In this document: piece after piece, positions 35,851 through 45,873 of the stretch | Layout: each line of letters begins with the position of its first letter | How positions within the stretch are numbered: position 1 is the first letter of the stretch | NCBI GenBank assembly: GCA_964645535.1 | Contig: CAZYCQ010000006.1 | Coordinates: 27,137-91,136, forward strand | Length of the DNA stretch: 64,000 bases | Direction of reading: 5' to 3' | DNA from: an uncultured archaeon | GTDB taxonomy: Archaea; Asgardarchaeota; Heimdallarchaeia; Heimdallarchaeales; Kariarchaeaceae | The notes under the pieces: model-generated | Database searches by the model: none | What the model was told of the DNA's origin: nothing | The model's input: only the letters and a program-made list of their open reading frames with translations | Made by a program: the position numbers and the translations under genes

Positions 35851-38085
35851 ATGGGAAGAAGCTATTCCAATGCAGATATTGACCAACTCCTTCTAGGGGA
35901 AGGGGAATCGATGACCGGTGACATGGGGATGTTTTTCCTGAAGGGGTGCCTTGAATCTGGAATTAGTTATGCCGCAGGATATCCAGGGGCACCAACTTCG
36001 AATGTCATGGATCTTTTGGGAGATGCCCAGAATAGAGTTCTTGAGAAATATGGAATTTATTTTGAACCTTCGATTAATGAAGCTGCCGCTGCCACAAAGC
36101 TATATCTTTCAATCAATGAACCAATACGGGGTTTTGTCAATTGGAAAGTTGTTGGAACCAATGTAGCTTCTGATGTGCTTGCACATATTAGTTCAAGCGG
36201 TGTCAAAGGTGGAGCGATTGTCCTTATTGGAGAGGACGAAGAATGCATTTCAACCACGGTTCAGATGAAAAGCCATGTTTATGCCAAAGGGTTTTTCCTT
36301 CCAATAATTGATCCGATAGCCTCTCCGGAACATATTCTTCAAATCACGAAAAAAGCCTTTCAATTGTCGGAAGCATGCAATCAACCAGTAATGATGCTGT
36401 TCAGATCCTTGAGCAGCAACATGATCGGAACTTCCTTGGTTGGAGATAATGTAGGTCCTTCAATTTCCATCAATAAGAGAAAGAAGGATTTTCAACCGGA
36501 TCTCTCTAGAGTACCCATTCCACCGGATACCTTGATTCATGCCAAAGAGAAATACAAAGCTAGGAAACCCAAGGCGATACAGTTTATTCGGGAAAACAAA
36601 CTTAATAGGTTAGACAAGGGCAAACAGACCTCAAGAATAGGGATTATCACCCATGGAGGGGTTTTCAATTCTCTATTGACTACATTGACTGAATTAGGGT
36701 TGGCAAATATTCTCGGAGAAGTTGCAATTGACTTGCTTACATTGAATGTAATCTTCCCATTGGATCCTGAGGAAATCAAGTCATTCCTGGAAGGGAAAGA
36801 AACTGTTTTGGTTGTGGAACAAGGTGAACCCAATTTTATTGAACAGGAAGTCAAGAATATTGCTTATGATCTTGGTTTGCCTGTGAAGATATTCGGAAAG
36901 GAAGGAAACAATTTTCAGAAAGGCTATATCCCACAGACGGATGCCCTGAATTTTGATAATTTGCTGATACCCATTGCGACTTTCCTACTTGAAAATGTCC
37001 CAATGAATGGATATGGGAAGGTCGTTTCAAAAATAGTTGAGGCCAAACGCAAGATCGATGAGGAAATTGCTGAAGAAATTCTTACCAAATGGTTGCCACG
37101 TTCCCCTTCATTTTGTACGGGATGTCCAGAACGTCCAGTTTTTGCTTCTTTGAAAAGGGCAGAGGAAGAGTTGGACACAAGATTCATAAGACTGATTGAC
37201 ATCGGTTGTTACACCATGGCCAAACTTCCTCCTTTCAATATGAGTGATTCGTGTACGGGTATGGGATCTGCATTGGATGTAGGAATGGGCATGGCCAATC
37301 TATATGATCGGCCGATTGTTGTGGTATTTGGAGACGGAACCCTTTTCCATGGAGGGTTCAGAAACATCGACAATGCCATCCACAACAATTTGAATCAGAT
37401 CTACAGAGAACACGGTCTGAAACGTGGAGAAGCCAACATCCTTCTTTTCATCCTTCTGAATTATCATACAGCAATGACAGGAGATCAGGAAAATCCCATG
37501 ACTGTATATGATATGGCGGAAGTATTGGGAGGTTCGAAGAAAAACGTTGGAATCAATATGAGAGGAGAAGCCGTTCCCCGGGTTGATTTATCAAATGTTT
37601 TCAAAGCACATGGAGCAAAATGGGTTAAGACTATTCCTTCCTATAATATGCATGAAATGAAAGAGACGATCAAGAAAGCATTGAACGAACCTGGGTTGAA
37701 AATTATTGTTTCTGATGGCGAATGCATGCTTGAAAAACAAAGAACGTTAAGAAGAGTAAATGCAAAGAAGTTGAAGGATGGAAAGAAGGTAATTCAACCA
37801 AAAGTTCAAGTCGATCCACGGCTCTGCCAAGGATGTTGGCCTTGTTCAGAATATATTGGCTGTCCCAGTGAAACCAAGGTCAAATCTGAAAATCCGCTTA
37901 GAAAAGGAACGATAAGAAGGATGGATGAGACCTGTGTGGGATGTGGGGTATGTTCTGAGGTTACCCAAACCTTTGGACTCTGCCCCAGTACGTATAATGA
38001 ATATTACATATCGAATCCTTCAATCATCGATCGCTTAAGGGCAAAATTGAGTTATGGATTAATTTCTGTTTTCAGGAAAATATAA
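35851..38085 (+). CDS. iorA: indolepyruvate:ferredoxin oxidoreductase alpha subunit-like (IorA family)
   Basis: YAAGYPGAPTS, TPP-binding region VFGDGTLFHGG, and C-terminal 2x[4Fe-4S]-type motifs CQGCWPCSEYIGCP and CVGCGVCSEV...CP. Confidence 0.75.
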   Translation: MGRSYSNADIDQLLLGEGESMTGDMGMFFLKGCLESGISYAAGYPGAPTSNVMDLLGDAQNRVLEKYGIYFEPSINEAAAATKLYLSINEPIRGFVNWKVVGTNVASDVLAHISSSGVKGGAIVLIGEDEECISTTVQMKSHVYAKGFFLPIIDPIASPEHILQITKKAFQLSEACNQPVMMLFRSLSSNMIGTSLVGDNVGPSISINKRKKDFQPDLSRVPIPPDTLIHAKEKYKARKPKAIQFIRENKLNRLDKGKQTSRIGIITHGGVFNSLLTTLTELGLANILGEVAIDLLTLNVIFPLDPEEIKSFLEGKETVLVVEQGEPNFIEQEVKNIAYDLGLPVKIFGKEGNNFQKGYIPQTDALNFDNLLIPIATFLLENVPMNGYGKVVSKIVEAKRKIDEEIAEEILTKWLPRSPSFCTGCPERPVFASLKRAEEELDTRFIRLIDIGCYTMAKLPPFNMSDSCTGMGSALDVGMGMANLYDRPIVVVFGDGTLFHGGFRNIDNAIHNNLNQIYREHGLKRGEANILLFILLNYHTAMTGDQENPMTVYDMAEVLGGSKKNVGINMRGEAVPRVDLSNVFKAHGAKWVKTIPSYNMHEMKETIKKALNEPGLKIIVSDGECMLEKQRTLRRVNAKKLKDGKKVIQPKVQVDPRLCQGCWPCSEYIGCPSETKVKSENPLRKGTIRRMDETCVGCGVCSEVTQTFGLCPSTYNEYYISNPSIIDRLRAKLSYGLISVFRKI

Positions 38086-38138
38086 AGAAGACAAAAGCCA
38101 CCAATACCATTAAATCCCGAATCTCTGAAACAACAAAT

Positions 38139-38528
38139 ATGATAGAAAGGATTCCTCCAGTCATTCTTGTCGGGATTGGTGGTCTTTTTGGTGCAATCTC
38201 ACGATATCTGGTGTCTGGATTTTTCAAAAACTATGTGGATTTTCCTTTGGGAACACTTGTCGTGAATGTTCTGGGATCATTCCTTTTGAGCTACATGGTC
38301 ACATTGAATCGAATGAATCTTTTTGATCCAACTTGGTTGATATTTCTAGGGACAGGATTTATGGGAAGTTTCACCACTATGTCCACCTTTGTTGTTGAGA
38401 CTATGAGTTTTTCAGGGTCATCTCTGAAAACCGGTGCATTCAATTTGTTGATTACATTGATTATGGTTTTTCTAGGAGGATTCCTAGGACAGGCAGTTGC
38501 AGTTCAGCAGATCAGGAGGATTCTTTGA
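38139..38528 (+). CDS. crcB: fluoride channel CrcB/FluC
   Basis: GIGGLFGAISRY and GFMGSFTTMSTF. 129 aa with 4 TM helices. Confidence 0.85.
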   Translation: MIERIPPVILVGIGGLFGAISRYLVSGFFKNYVDFPLGTLVVNVLGSFLLSYMVTLNRMNLFDPTWLIFLGTGFMGSFTTMSTFVVETMSFSGSSLKTGAFNLLITLIMVFLGGFLGQAVAVQQIRRIL

Positions 38529-38842
38529 TGGAACTCAGGAAAATGCTCAGAGTGATTATCAGGCTACCAGGGGGAAAAAAATCCAAGGGGAGCCACAGTC
38601 TGGTCAAGGAAGTCCTCAAATTATGCAAAGAAGAGGGAATCATTGGAGCCACAGTCATTCAATCAATTTATGGATATGGGGACAAGGATTATGAGATCAG
38701 TATCTTGAGAGGCATCGGAGACCTTCCTCAAGTAATCGAGATAGTGGATGAACCAATTGTGATTAGAACCTTGCTACCTAAGTTGAAAGAATTGATAGAA
38801 AGTACAGGTTTGATCACCATAGATGAGGTATATTCGATTTAA
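38528..38842 (+). CDS. DUF190 (PII-like) protein commonly linked to crcB
   Basis: TGATG-coupled to crcB. About 104 aa; LRVIIRLPGG...LVKEVLKLCKEEGIIGATVIQSIYGYG fits the DUF190 pattern. Confidence 0.6.
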   Translation: MELRKMLRVIIRLPGGKKSKGSHSLVKEVLKLCKEEGIIGATVIQSIYGYGDKDYEISILRGIGDLPQVIEIVDEPIVIRTLLPKLKELIESTGLITIDEVYSI

Positions 38843-40221
38843 TCCCTATGTCGTTCAATAATCTGTTCCACGCTTCTTTTAAGGGAATTTAACCTCTCTT
38901 TGGTTTGGGCTTCAATCCTGTAGGATAACTTAGATTCGGTATTGCTACTACGAACCAAGAACCATCCATCTTTGAACTCCGCACGGATGCCATCTATTTC
39001 CAAAAGGTCAGCCCCATTTGCTATGGCAAATTCACGGAGCTCATCGAAGATACCTTCATGCCTGGCTCGTTCGATCTTCAGTCTGATTTCTGGTGATGAA
39101 TGATAGGTGGGATACTGATTCCTTATGGCATCAAAATCCAAGCCAGAAGATTTCATCTCTGAGAAGATTTTAAGGAAACGAATAGCGCTGTAAAGACCAT
39201 CGTCGAATCCAAAATAATCATCGTTGAAATAATAATGACATGACAGTTCTCCAGCAAGGTCAAAATTTTCTTCAAGAACTAGTTCTTGGATATATGAATG
39301 TCCAACTTTAGAAAGCCTGCATATCCCACCCTTTTTTTCGATGTATTCTGAAGTTGCCTTGCTGATTTTTACATCGAGAACAACTGAAGGGGATTTGACT
39401 TTGAGAATATCATCAAAAAACATCATCATCACTAAATCAGGAGAGATAATGTTCCCATCCGGTCCCATAAAACCAACTCTGTCGCCATCACCATCAAAAA
39501 CTATTGCAAGCTCTGCATCATTGGATTCAATGAATTTTTTCACGAATTCATAGGATTTTTCCTTTGTAGGATCTGGATTCAGAATTGGAAAATTCCCTTT
39601 TGGCTCTTCATGGAGGTGTTTCGCTTCAAAAGGCAATACTTCTCGAAATCTTCCAGTGCACCCATTTCCGTATTCAACAACCAGATTTAGGGGAGAGATT
39701 GACTTTGCGGTTTCTTTCAGGAAGGAGAAGTAGGCGTCCTGCAATTCTATATCGATTTTATGGGTTCCTTTGGATTGGTTGCCTGCTTCCATTTTTTTTC
39801 TTTTGAAATCTTTTTTAGTCAATTGGATTTTGGTTTCAATTGCATTGAAGAAATTTTCATAGCTGAGGGAAACACCGTCTTCATTGCAAACTTTGAACCC
39901 ATTAAACTCAGGAGGGTTATGTGAAGCTGTAATCGCGATACCTAGGTCAAAGGATTTTGAGTTGGCCAACGTGAAATACAACATTGGAGTGGGCCCCATC
40001 CCAATATCAACAGTGTTTACACCCATTTCATTCAAACCCTTACAAAGAGCTTCTTTTAGCTTAGGGGTAGACTCTCGAGCATCTCCAGAAACAACAACAG
40101 AACCTTGGAAACCAAGATAATCTGCCAATGTCCATCCGAGCTTTTCTGCAAATCCCTCATTGATTTCATCAGGGAAAATCCCTCTGATATCGTTTGCAAG
40201 GAAAATTTTAGAATTTTTCAA
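38839..40221 (-). CDS. phosphoglucomutase/phosphomannomutase family protein (paralog 2, canonical motifs)
   Basis: ITASHNPPEFNGFK, VFDGDGDRVGF, GELSCH, LVRSSNTESK. Confidence 0.85.
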   Translation of the reverse strand: MKNSKIFLANDIRGIFPDEINEGFAEKLGWTLADYLGFQGSVVVSGDARESTPKLKEALCKGLNEMGVNTVDIGMGPTPMLYFTLANSKSFDLGIAITASHNPPEFNGFKVCNEDGVSLSYENFFNAIETKIQLTKKDFKRKKMEAGNQSKGTHKIDIELQDAYFSFLKETAKSISPLNLVVEYGNGCTGRFREVLPFEAKHLHEEPKGNFPILNPDPTKEKSYEFVKKFIESNDAELAIVFDGDGDRVGFMGPDGNIISPDLVMMMFFDDILKVKSPSVVLDVKISKATSEYIEKKGGICRLSKVGHSYIQELVLEENFDLAGELSCHYYFNDDYFGFDDGLYSAIRFLKIFSEMKSSGLDFDAIRNQYPTYHSSPEIRLKIERARHEGIFDELREFAIANGADLLEIDGIRAEFKDGWFLVRSSNTESKLSYRIEAQTKERLNSLKRSVEQIIERHRD

Positions 40222-40312
40222 CGTGTTAACTGATTACTTCCGGTTTTATTATTTTTCGAAACCTTCTGGACTGCACCGCCATAATTATTTAACGTTTAGC
40301 ACCTATTGGGGT

Positions 40313-41731
40313 ATGAACAATTCAGGATCCTTGAGATTTCATTTCTCCACAACAGGGATCAGAGGAAATGTTTCAAAGGACTTAACCCCACAATTTTGCT
40401 TTGAAGCAGGACGTGCAATTGCCAATTGGGCAAAAACACATATGATCGAGAATCCAAAGGTCCTTATCGGGAGGGACTATCGGTTTTCATCGGATTTAAT
40501 ATTATCATCCTTATTGTCTGGACTGCTTGCAGAAGGACTTAATGTGAACATCATAGAAGATCAGGCCCCTACCCCGGCGATAATACAGTATTTATTGGAG
40601 AAATCCTATGATATCGCAATAATCGTGACTGGAAGTCATCTTCCCCCTGAAGACAATGGGATTATTTTGGTTGACGGAAAAGGCAATTATTTCAGAGGAA
40701 TTTTGGAATCAATGCCAGAATCAGGAAATGTTTCATGGTCTGAATTCGGTTCTTTTGGTCTGGTGCACGATTATTTATCCACATATCTCAGTCATCTAAG
40801 AGAATTTGCATCACAATTGCAATTAACAAAACAGGATCTAAGAATCTTTTTAGATCCAGTTGGCGGGCCGATGGCAAAACCTCTTTCCAAGATCTTACAG
40901 GAGTATGTTGAGGACGTTGTTGGGATTAATCTGGATCCAAATCCCAAAATTGATTTCAGACCATCGGAACCGAAGCCGGAAACTCTTGTGAAAACGTTGG
41001 ATTATTTCAAAGGTGGAATCTTTGATCTAGGGATCACAACTGATTTTGATGGAGACAGGGTCATTTTCATTACCCCTTCAGGAAGAATCCTTACTGGAGA
41101 TTATATTGGGGCGGTTATTGCAAAATACTTTTGGGAACTTGATTCTTCAAGCAAGGTTGTAATTCCAATCAATACATCTGCAATAATTTCAGACCTTTCC
41201 AAAAAAATGAATACAAAATTTGTTTATTGTCAGGTGGGAGCACCCAAAATCATCGAGAAAATGAAGGAAACGGACGCGATTTTTGGGTTTGAGGAGACAG
41301 GGAAGTACTTTTTCAGAGATTTCTGCCTTTATCCAGACAGTGCTGTTACATCATTGTTTTTGCTTCATATTCTGCAACAAACAGGTCAAACCTTAGACGA
41401 TTTGATACAAGAATTACCTACCTATTTCCAATTGAAAACCAAGACACCCTCAGCTCGCGAAACCTCAGACGTACTAATGAAAAGATTGGAATTGGATCTA
41501 GACGATCTCGTTTCATCTCTTGGTGATGGGGTTGAGATCATTCAAATCCACAAATTGGATGGTCTTAGGATAGATTTCTCAGATGGGTCATGGCTCCTTC
41601 TCAGGCAATCAGGAACTGAAGACAATTTAAGAGTCTTTTCCGAAAGCAAATCAGAAGAAATAGCTAAAATGCTGAATGACAAAGGTTTGGCATATGTCAA
41701 ACAAAAACAAAAGGAACTTAAATTGCTCTAG
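40313..41731 (+). CDS. phosphoglucomutase/phosphomannomutase family protein (paralog 3, divergent motifs)
   Basis: Start placed at ATG 40313 (MNNSGSLRFHFSTTGIRG). VTGSHLPPEDNGI, TTDFDGDRVIF, FGFEETGKY, LLRQSGTEDNLRV. Confidence 0.8.
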   Translation: MNNSGSLRFHFSTTGIRGNVSKDLTPQFCFEAGRAIANWAKTHMIENPKVLIGRDYRFSSDLILSSLLSGLLAEGLNVNIIEDQAPTPAIIQYLLEKSYDIAIIVTGSHLPPEDNGIILVDGKGNYFRGILESMPESGNVSWSEFGSFGLVHDYLSTYLSHLREFASQLQLTKQDLRIFLDPVGGPMAKPLSKILQEYVEDVVGINLDPNPKIDFRPSEPKPETLVKTLDYFKGGIFDLGITTDFDGDRVIFITPSGRILTGDYIGAVIAKYFWELDSSSKVVIPINTSAIISDLSKKMNTKFVYCQVGAPKIIEKMKETDAIFGFEETGKYFFRDFCLYPDSAVTSLFLLHILQQTGQTLDDLIQELPTYFQLKTKTPSARETSDVLMKRLELDLDDLVSSLGDGVEIIQIHKLDGLRIDFSDGSWLLLRQSGTEDNLRVFSESKSEEIAKMLNDKGLAYVKQKQKELKLL

Positions 41732-42302
41732 TGTTTGAATATTTCATTGATTTTTTGAGAGTATCATCTATTTCGTCAAACAAGTCCTCAATTTTTGGGA
41801 TGTATTCCTGAACATAGTCCTGCAGTCTTGAGAAATCGAGGAGATAATCCTCAAGTGATTTAAGGACATCTTCCTTGGCCGTTTCCTCATCATCCTCTTC
41901 AAATAGGTCGGTCAATTCTTGTTCGATTGCAATTAAATCATCTCTTAGCTTGTTTTGCATTGTTTCCTGATCTCTTAGGATTTCCAGTATTTTCTCATGA
42001 GTTTTATCCGCGAAATCCCAGCCATCCATATTCTGGATTATTTCATCCATTTTCACCTGAAGTTCCTGAAGATTAAATAATAAATTATCGATTTCCTCAA
42101 ACACAGGTTGAGTTCCTTTCCGGATCTCATCCACTGACGTTCCATTGGTCAATCCCTTGACTTTGGGAACTAGGTCAGCCTTGGTTAGGAGGGCAAGCTC
42201 ACTTACCGTTTGTCCATATTTGTCTTGGACCTCCTTAAGTTCTCGCCTCACCGTTACAACTTCATTGAGCAGAAGATCGGATTTCCTCATGTTGTTCTGC
42301 AT
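41718..42302 (-). CDS. acidic coiled-coil protein, family not recognised
   Basis: 194 aa, highly acidic, with long heptad-like stretches (LQELQVKMDEIIQNM; LIAIEQELTDLFEEDDEE). Confidence 0.45.
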   Translation of the reverse strand: MQNNMRKSDLLLNEVVTVRRELKEVQDKYGQTVSELALLTKADLVPKVKGLTNGTSVDEIRKGTQPVFEEIDNLLFNLQELQVKMDEIIQNMDGWDFADKTHEKILEILRDQETMQNKLRDDLIAIEQELTDLFEEDDEETAKEDVLKSLEDYLLDFSRLQDYVQEYIPKIEDLFDEIDDTLKKSMKYSNTRAI

Positions 42303-42600
42303 AATAATCTCCTCTCCATCATTTAGATGGGATTCAAAAAATTACAGAAATATCCAAATCAAGGCCTTTGATTAAGAAGCTAAAAGTTGCATTCATTAAT
42401 TCCACATCCATTGAATCCTGATTGGATATTTCTACAGATATTATATTGACATAATCCTATAAAAATAAGTTGGAACGCGAAACCAGAGAAGAGAGGAAAC
42501 ACGGTGAATTTTCATTCGGATATTCGAAAATAATTGACTGGTTTCAGGATAACCAAACGAATAGAATAAATGTCTCTAAATAGAAACACTTCATATTGCC

Positions 42601-44250
42601 ATGAAGATGCAAGACTTCGACTTTGAAATAGCTCCCGTCATATCGGTTTCACGGGAGGAAATGCAGGGAATTGAATTCAACGAATATTTGAAAGGAATTT
42701 CCCCCTATGAATTGATGAAACGGGCTGCCAAAGCTTTTGCAGACCAAATTCTTGAGACTGTGGAAGGCAAAAAGGTGGTTTTCCTTGTTTCAGGAGGAAA
42801 CAATGGCGGGGATGGAATTGAAGCGTTCCATCTCTTGTATGAACGGATCGATGGATGTTTAATCCAAACAGATCCTCGAGGAATGAAATCCACAGAAGCA
42901 CGGCAGGTCATCAGTGAAATGGTTGAGGGGATTGGGAATCCCCGCCTAGATGAGCGCCAACAGAATTGGTTTACAGGAAACTCAAGGCTCAAGGTTCTCG
43001 GCAAGGCAGAAAACCTTCCAAAACCCGAAATGTGGGAAGAGCTTGAACTTTCCAATCTTGAGGAACTGCTTGCAAATGCTGAAGTGATAATAGATGCCTT
43101 GTTCGGTTTGAACCTTAGGACTCAAGTAAGAGAACCGTTTGATGAAATAATTGGATTGATCGGCTCCATAAAGACCACACATCCTGAGAAGGTCGTGATA
43201 TCCTTGGATTTGCCGTCAGGACTTGATGCAAATACAGGGGAATGGCATGCACCCAAGTTCAAACCTGATTTGACAGTAACCTTCCAATATCCAAAACATG
43301 GTCATCTATTGGCAGGACTGAATCCGATAGTAGTCAGTATTGGAATTCCGGAAGAAAGCATGGTATGGGTTAATACAGGCTTGTTCCTTTCACATTGGCC
43401 TCGACGGAATCCCAATAGTCATAAGGGAATGAATGGTAGACTTCTGGTTATTGGAGGGTCTGATGAGTTTACAGGGGCTCCGCTATTAAGCAGTATGGCT
43501 GCTTTGAGAGCGGGTATTGATACCGTTCGAGTGGCAATACCTGAGAAAATCCGGGACATACTTGCTTCACAAACCAAAGATCTTCTTTTGTTCAAATTGA
43601 GGTCAGATACGCATTCTCCCAAGCACATCAAGGTTCTGAAGGACTTAGCCCTTAAACGCCATGATTCTGTAGTCATTGGAATGGGGTTGTCAAACAAGCC
43701 GCCAGTTTACAAATTTGTCCGTGAATATTTCAAACAAATCCGAGATCAAAATGTCCAGATCATTCTAGATGCAGACGCAATCAGGGCATTCAGAGAGGGT
43801 ACTGATGATTTGAAAAACTCAAATGCCATCATTACCCCCCATCGGGCAGAGTTTAGGTATATGCTTAAGGAAGAGATTCCAGTGGATTTCCAAGAGTTGA
43901 TTACATTCACGGAAAATGTTGCTTCAAGGCTTGGGATCACCATTGTTCTAAAGGGGTCAATTGATATCATTACCAATGGAACTAGAACGTTCCTAAATAA
44001 AACAGGGCATCCAGGAATGACGGTAGGAGGAACTGGAGATGTCCTTGCTGGCCTAATCGGTGCCTTTACAACCCTGATAAAAGATACCGTCCAAGCAGCT
44101 GCTCTTGCCTGTTATGTTATGGGTCTTAGTGGTGAGAAAGTGGCGGAGGTGTATGGGAATGGCCTCGTTGCTTCGGACATAATCCCACAAATTGCAAAAA
44201 CCATTCTTGGTCTAGAAAAGAGGAGAGAAGAACTCATTTACCGCCCTTAG
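42601..44250 (+). CDS. nnr: bifunctional NAD(P)H-hydrate repair enzyme Nnr (epimerase + ADP-dependent dehydratase)
   Basis: YjeF_N motif VSGGNNGGDG and YjeF_C motifs HKGMNGRLLVIGGS and GTGDVLAGLIG. Confidence 0.85.
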   Translation: MKMQDFDFEIAPVISVSREEMQGIEFNEYLKGISPYELMKRAAKAFADQILETVEGKKVVFLVSGGNNGGDGIEAFHLLYERIDGCLIQTDPRGMKSTEARQVISEMVEGIGNPRLDERQQNWFTGNSRLKVLGKAENLPKPEMWEELELSNLEELLANAEVIIDALFGLNLRTQVREPFDEIIGLIGSIKTTHPEKVVISLDLPSGLDANTGEWHAPKFKPDLTVTFQYPKHGHLLAGLNPIVVSIGIPEESMVWVNTGLFLSHWPRRNPNSHKGMNGRLLVIGGSDEFTGAPLLSSMAALRAGIDTVRVAIPEKIRDILASQTKDLLLFKLRSDTHSPKHIKVLKDLALKRHDSVVIGMGLSNKPPVYKFVREYFKQIRDQNVQIILDADAIRAFREGTDDLKNSNAIITPHRAEFRYMLKEEIPVDFQELITFTENVASRLGITIVLKGSIDIITNGTRTFLNKTGHPGMTVGGTGDVLAGLIGAFTTLIKDTVQAAALACYVMGLSGEKVAEVYGNGLVASDIIPQIAKTILGLEKRREELIYRP

Positions 44251-45061
44251 TTTTCTTCTTTGATCTTTTCTTGGCAGATTTCGTTTTTGAGGAAAATTGT
44301 TTCACTCTTTTTGAGGATGTCAATTTTTTGACTGCCTCATTGTTTTCAATATGAAGACGAGCTACAAGAAAGAAGAAATCAAGAAATTTGGGTATCATAT
44401 TAATCTTGTCGGTAGGAAGAGTAAAAGTCATTTGAAGATGAGGATCTGTTGATTCCTTTGCGGGTTGGATCGAAAGAAGATCAAGGTAGGGTTCCAATGA
44501 TTTTGCCTTTCCTAGGAATTCTTCATTTGTGGCAAAATGGCGAATTTCCATGGGCAAATTAGCCTTAATCATGTAAAGTTTATCGACAGCGGGATTGTCA
44601 GTTGGAACATCCTCCATTTGCACGTAAACTTCAAAGTTTCTTCGAATAAGTCCCTTGTTCCGATATGGCACAAAATAAAATCTGTATGCAGGATCAATAT
44701 CAATTCCGGCTTCTCTGAACTTGACACCGATGAACAATTTCTCCTTTCCTTTAATGAGCTTGTTCAGAAGCACGTTAGTTGCAAAGGTTTGGTTGATCAT
44801 GGTATAATTCAAGGTTTGGACTCCAATCTGCTTTCGATTGGGAACACATCGAAATTCAATCACTTCAGGTTTCAAATCTACAGTCGTTATCTCTTTTGCA
44901 TAGGGATTTAGTGCCTTTTCAACATGTTCAACAACGAGAGCCCTTCGTTTGGAAGTATATTTCTTTCCCAGATACATATTTCCAATGAGGAAAACCACGA
45001 AAAACAAAAACGGAAGCATTGCAACTATTATTGCCAGCACAGTGTCAGCGGTACTCGCCAT
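44234..45061 (-). CDS. N-terminally membrane-anchored hypothetical protein with Lys-rich C-terminal tail
   Basis: TM helix VLAIIVAMLPFLFFVVFLIG. Tail SSKTKSAKKRSKKKTKGGK. Confidence 0.45.
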   Translation of the reverse strand: MASTADTVLAIIVAMLPFLFFVVFLIGNMYLGKKYTSKRRALVVEHVEKALNPYAKEITTVDLKPEVIEFRCVPNRKQIGVQTLNYTMINQTFATNVLLNKLIKGKEKLFIGVKFREAGIDIDPAYRFYFVPYRNKGLIRRNFEVYVQMEDVPTDNPAVDKLYMIKANLPMEIRHFATNEEFLGKAKSLEPYLDLLSIQPAKESTDPHLQMTFTLPTDKINMIPKFLDFFFLVARLHIENNEAVKKLTSSKRVKQFSSKTKSAKKRSKKKTKGGK

Positions 45062-45192
45062 AGGAGTATGTTGAAAGTTGTAGTTTTCAATCCTTTCTTA
45101 ATGTCTCAGTCAAAAATTCCAAGAAAGGTCTTTTGATCGATTCTCCCGTGAATTTGGAAACGACTTAAATTGTTCTGATATTCTAAGACATT

Positions 45193-45873
45193 GTGGCAGA
45201 TCAGTTCTCTTTGGATTCGATCATTCCAGAAATGATGGGAAAAACCTTTGGACTTTACGCTGATATTACCTATACAAGGGATTTCCTTATTCGTGACTTT
45301 ATACTGAATGGGCTTGAGGATAACGGAGTCATTTGCATTGTAACATTAACTCAAGGGGCAAACAAGGTAATTGACGAATTGAGCTCCATCTCTGATGATG
45401 CAGCGATGATCGTGAATGAAGCCATTCTTAATGAAAGGTTGCAAATTGTCGACATGTATTCTTTCAGAAGTGGAATCCCTGAGGAGATAGCTCCAGGCAC
45501 CTACTATCTTGAGACTGCATCAGACCTAACCTCCCTTTCCATCCAGTTGAATAAGATTTCCTCAATCTTTGATAAACTTCGGATTGTGATAAATCCTCTC
45601 AGTCTCCTTGCGGTATATGCCCCTTCAGGATCATTGTTGAATTTTCTTCAAACCCTTTCTGCACGAGTCACCAAAAGAAACCAGACTTGCCTCCTCATAT
45701 TGGATAGTGGAGTGATTGAGCCAGTGGAGCTTTCGAAAATTGAATCTGTTCTGGATGGAATGATCGAATTACAAAGAGACGAAAGTCTGGGCAAATTTGG
45801 TGAAAAATTCAGGATAAAGTTCATGAGAGGATTAAGGGACACCCCTTATTTTGATTGGACTTTAGTTGCCTGA
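45193..45873 (+). CDS. KaiC/RecA-superfamily-like protein lacking a Walker A motif
   Basis: Layout resembles COG0467 proteins (LDSIIPEMMG..., CLLILDSG, DGMIELQRD...FRIKFMRGLRDTPYF), but GxxGxGKT is replaced by FGLYADITYTRDF. GTG start. Confidence 0.45.
   Translation: MADQFSLDSIIPEMMGKTFGLYADITYTRDFLIRDFILNGLEDNGVICIVTLTQGANKVIDELSSISDDAAMIVNEAILNERLQIVDMYSFRSGIPEEIAPGTYYLETASDLTSLSIQLNKISSIFDKLRIVINPLSLLAVYAPSGSLLNFLQTLSARVTKRNQTCLLILDSGVIEPVELSKIESVLDGMIELQRDESLGKFGEKFRIKFMRGLRDTPYFDWTLVA

Noticed and set aside
38086-38138. Possible fluoride riboswitch upstream of crcB
   Set aside because: The 53-nt leader is too short and lacks the conserved crcB-motif pseudoknot elements (no GGxGAUGG … CCGCC-like segments).
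42303-42600. 298-bp intergenic region searched for small ORFs or RNAs
   Set aside because: Only 13-18 codon ATG frames and one imperfect palindrome (TTCGGATATTCGAA) were found. Nothing is supportable beyond divergent promoters.
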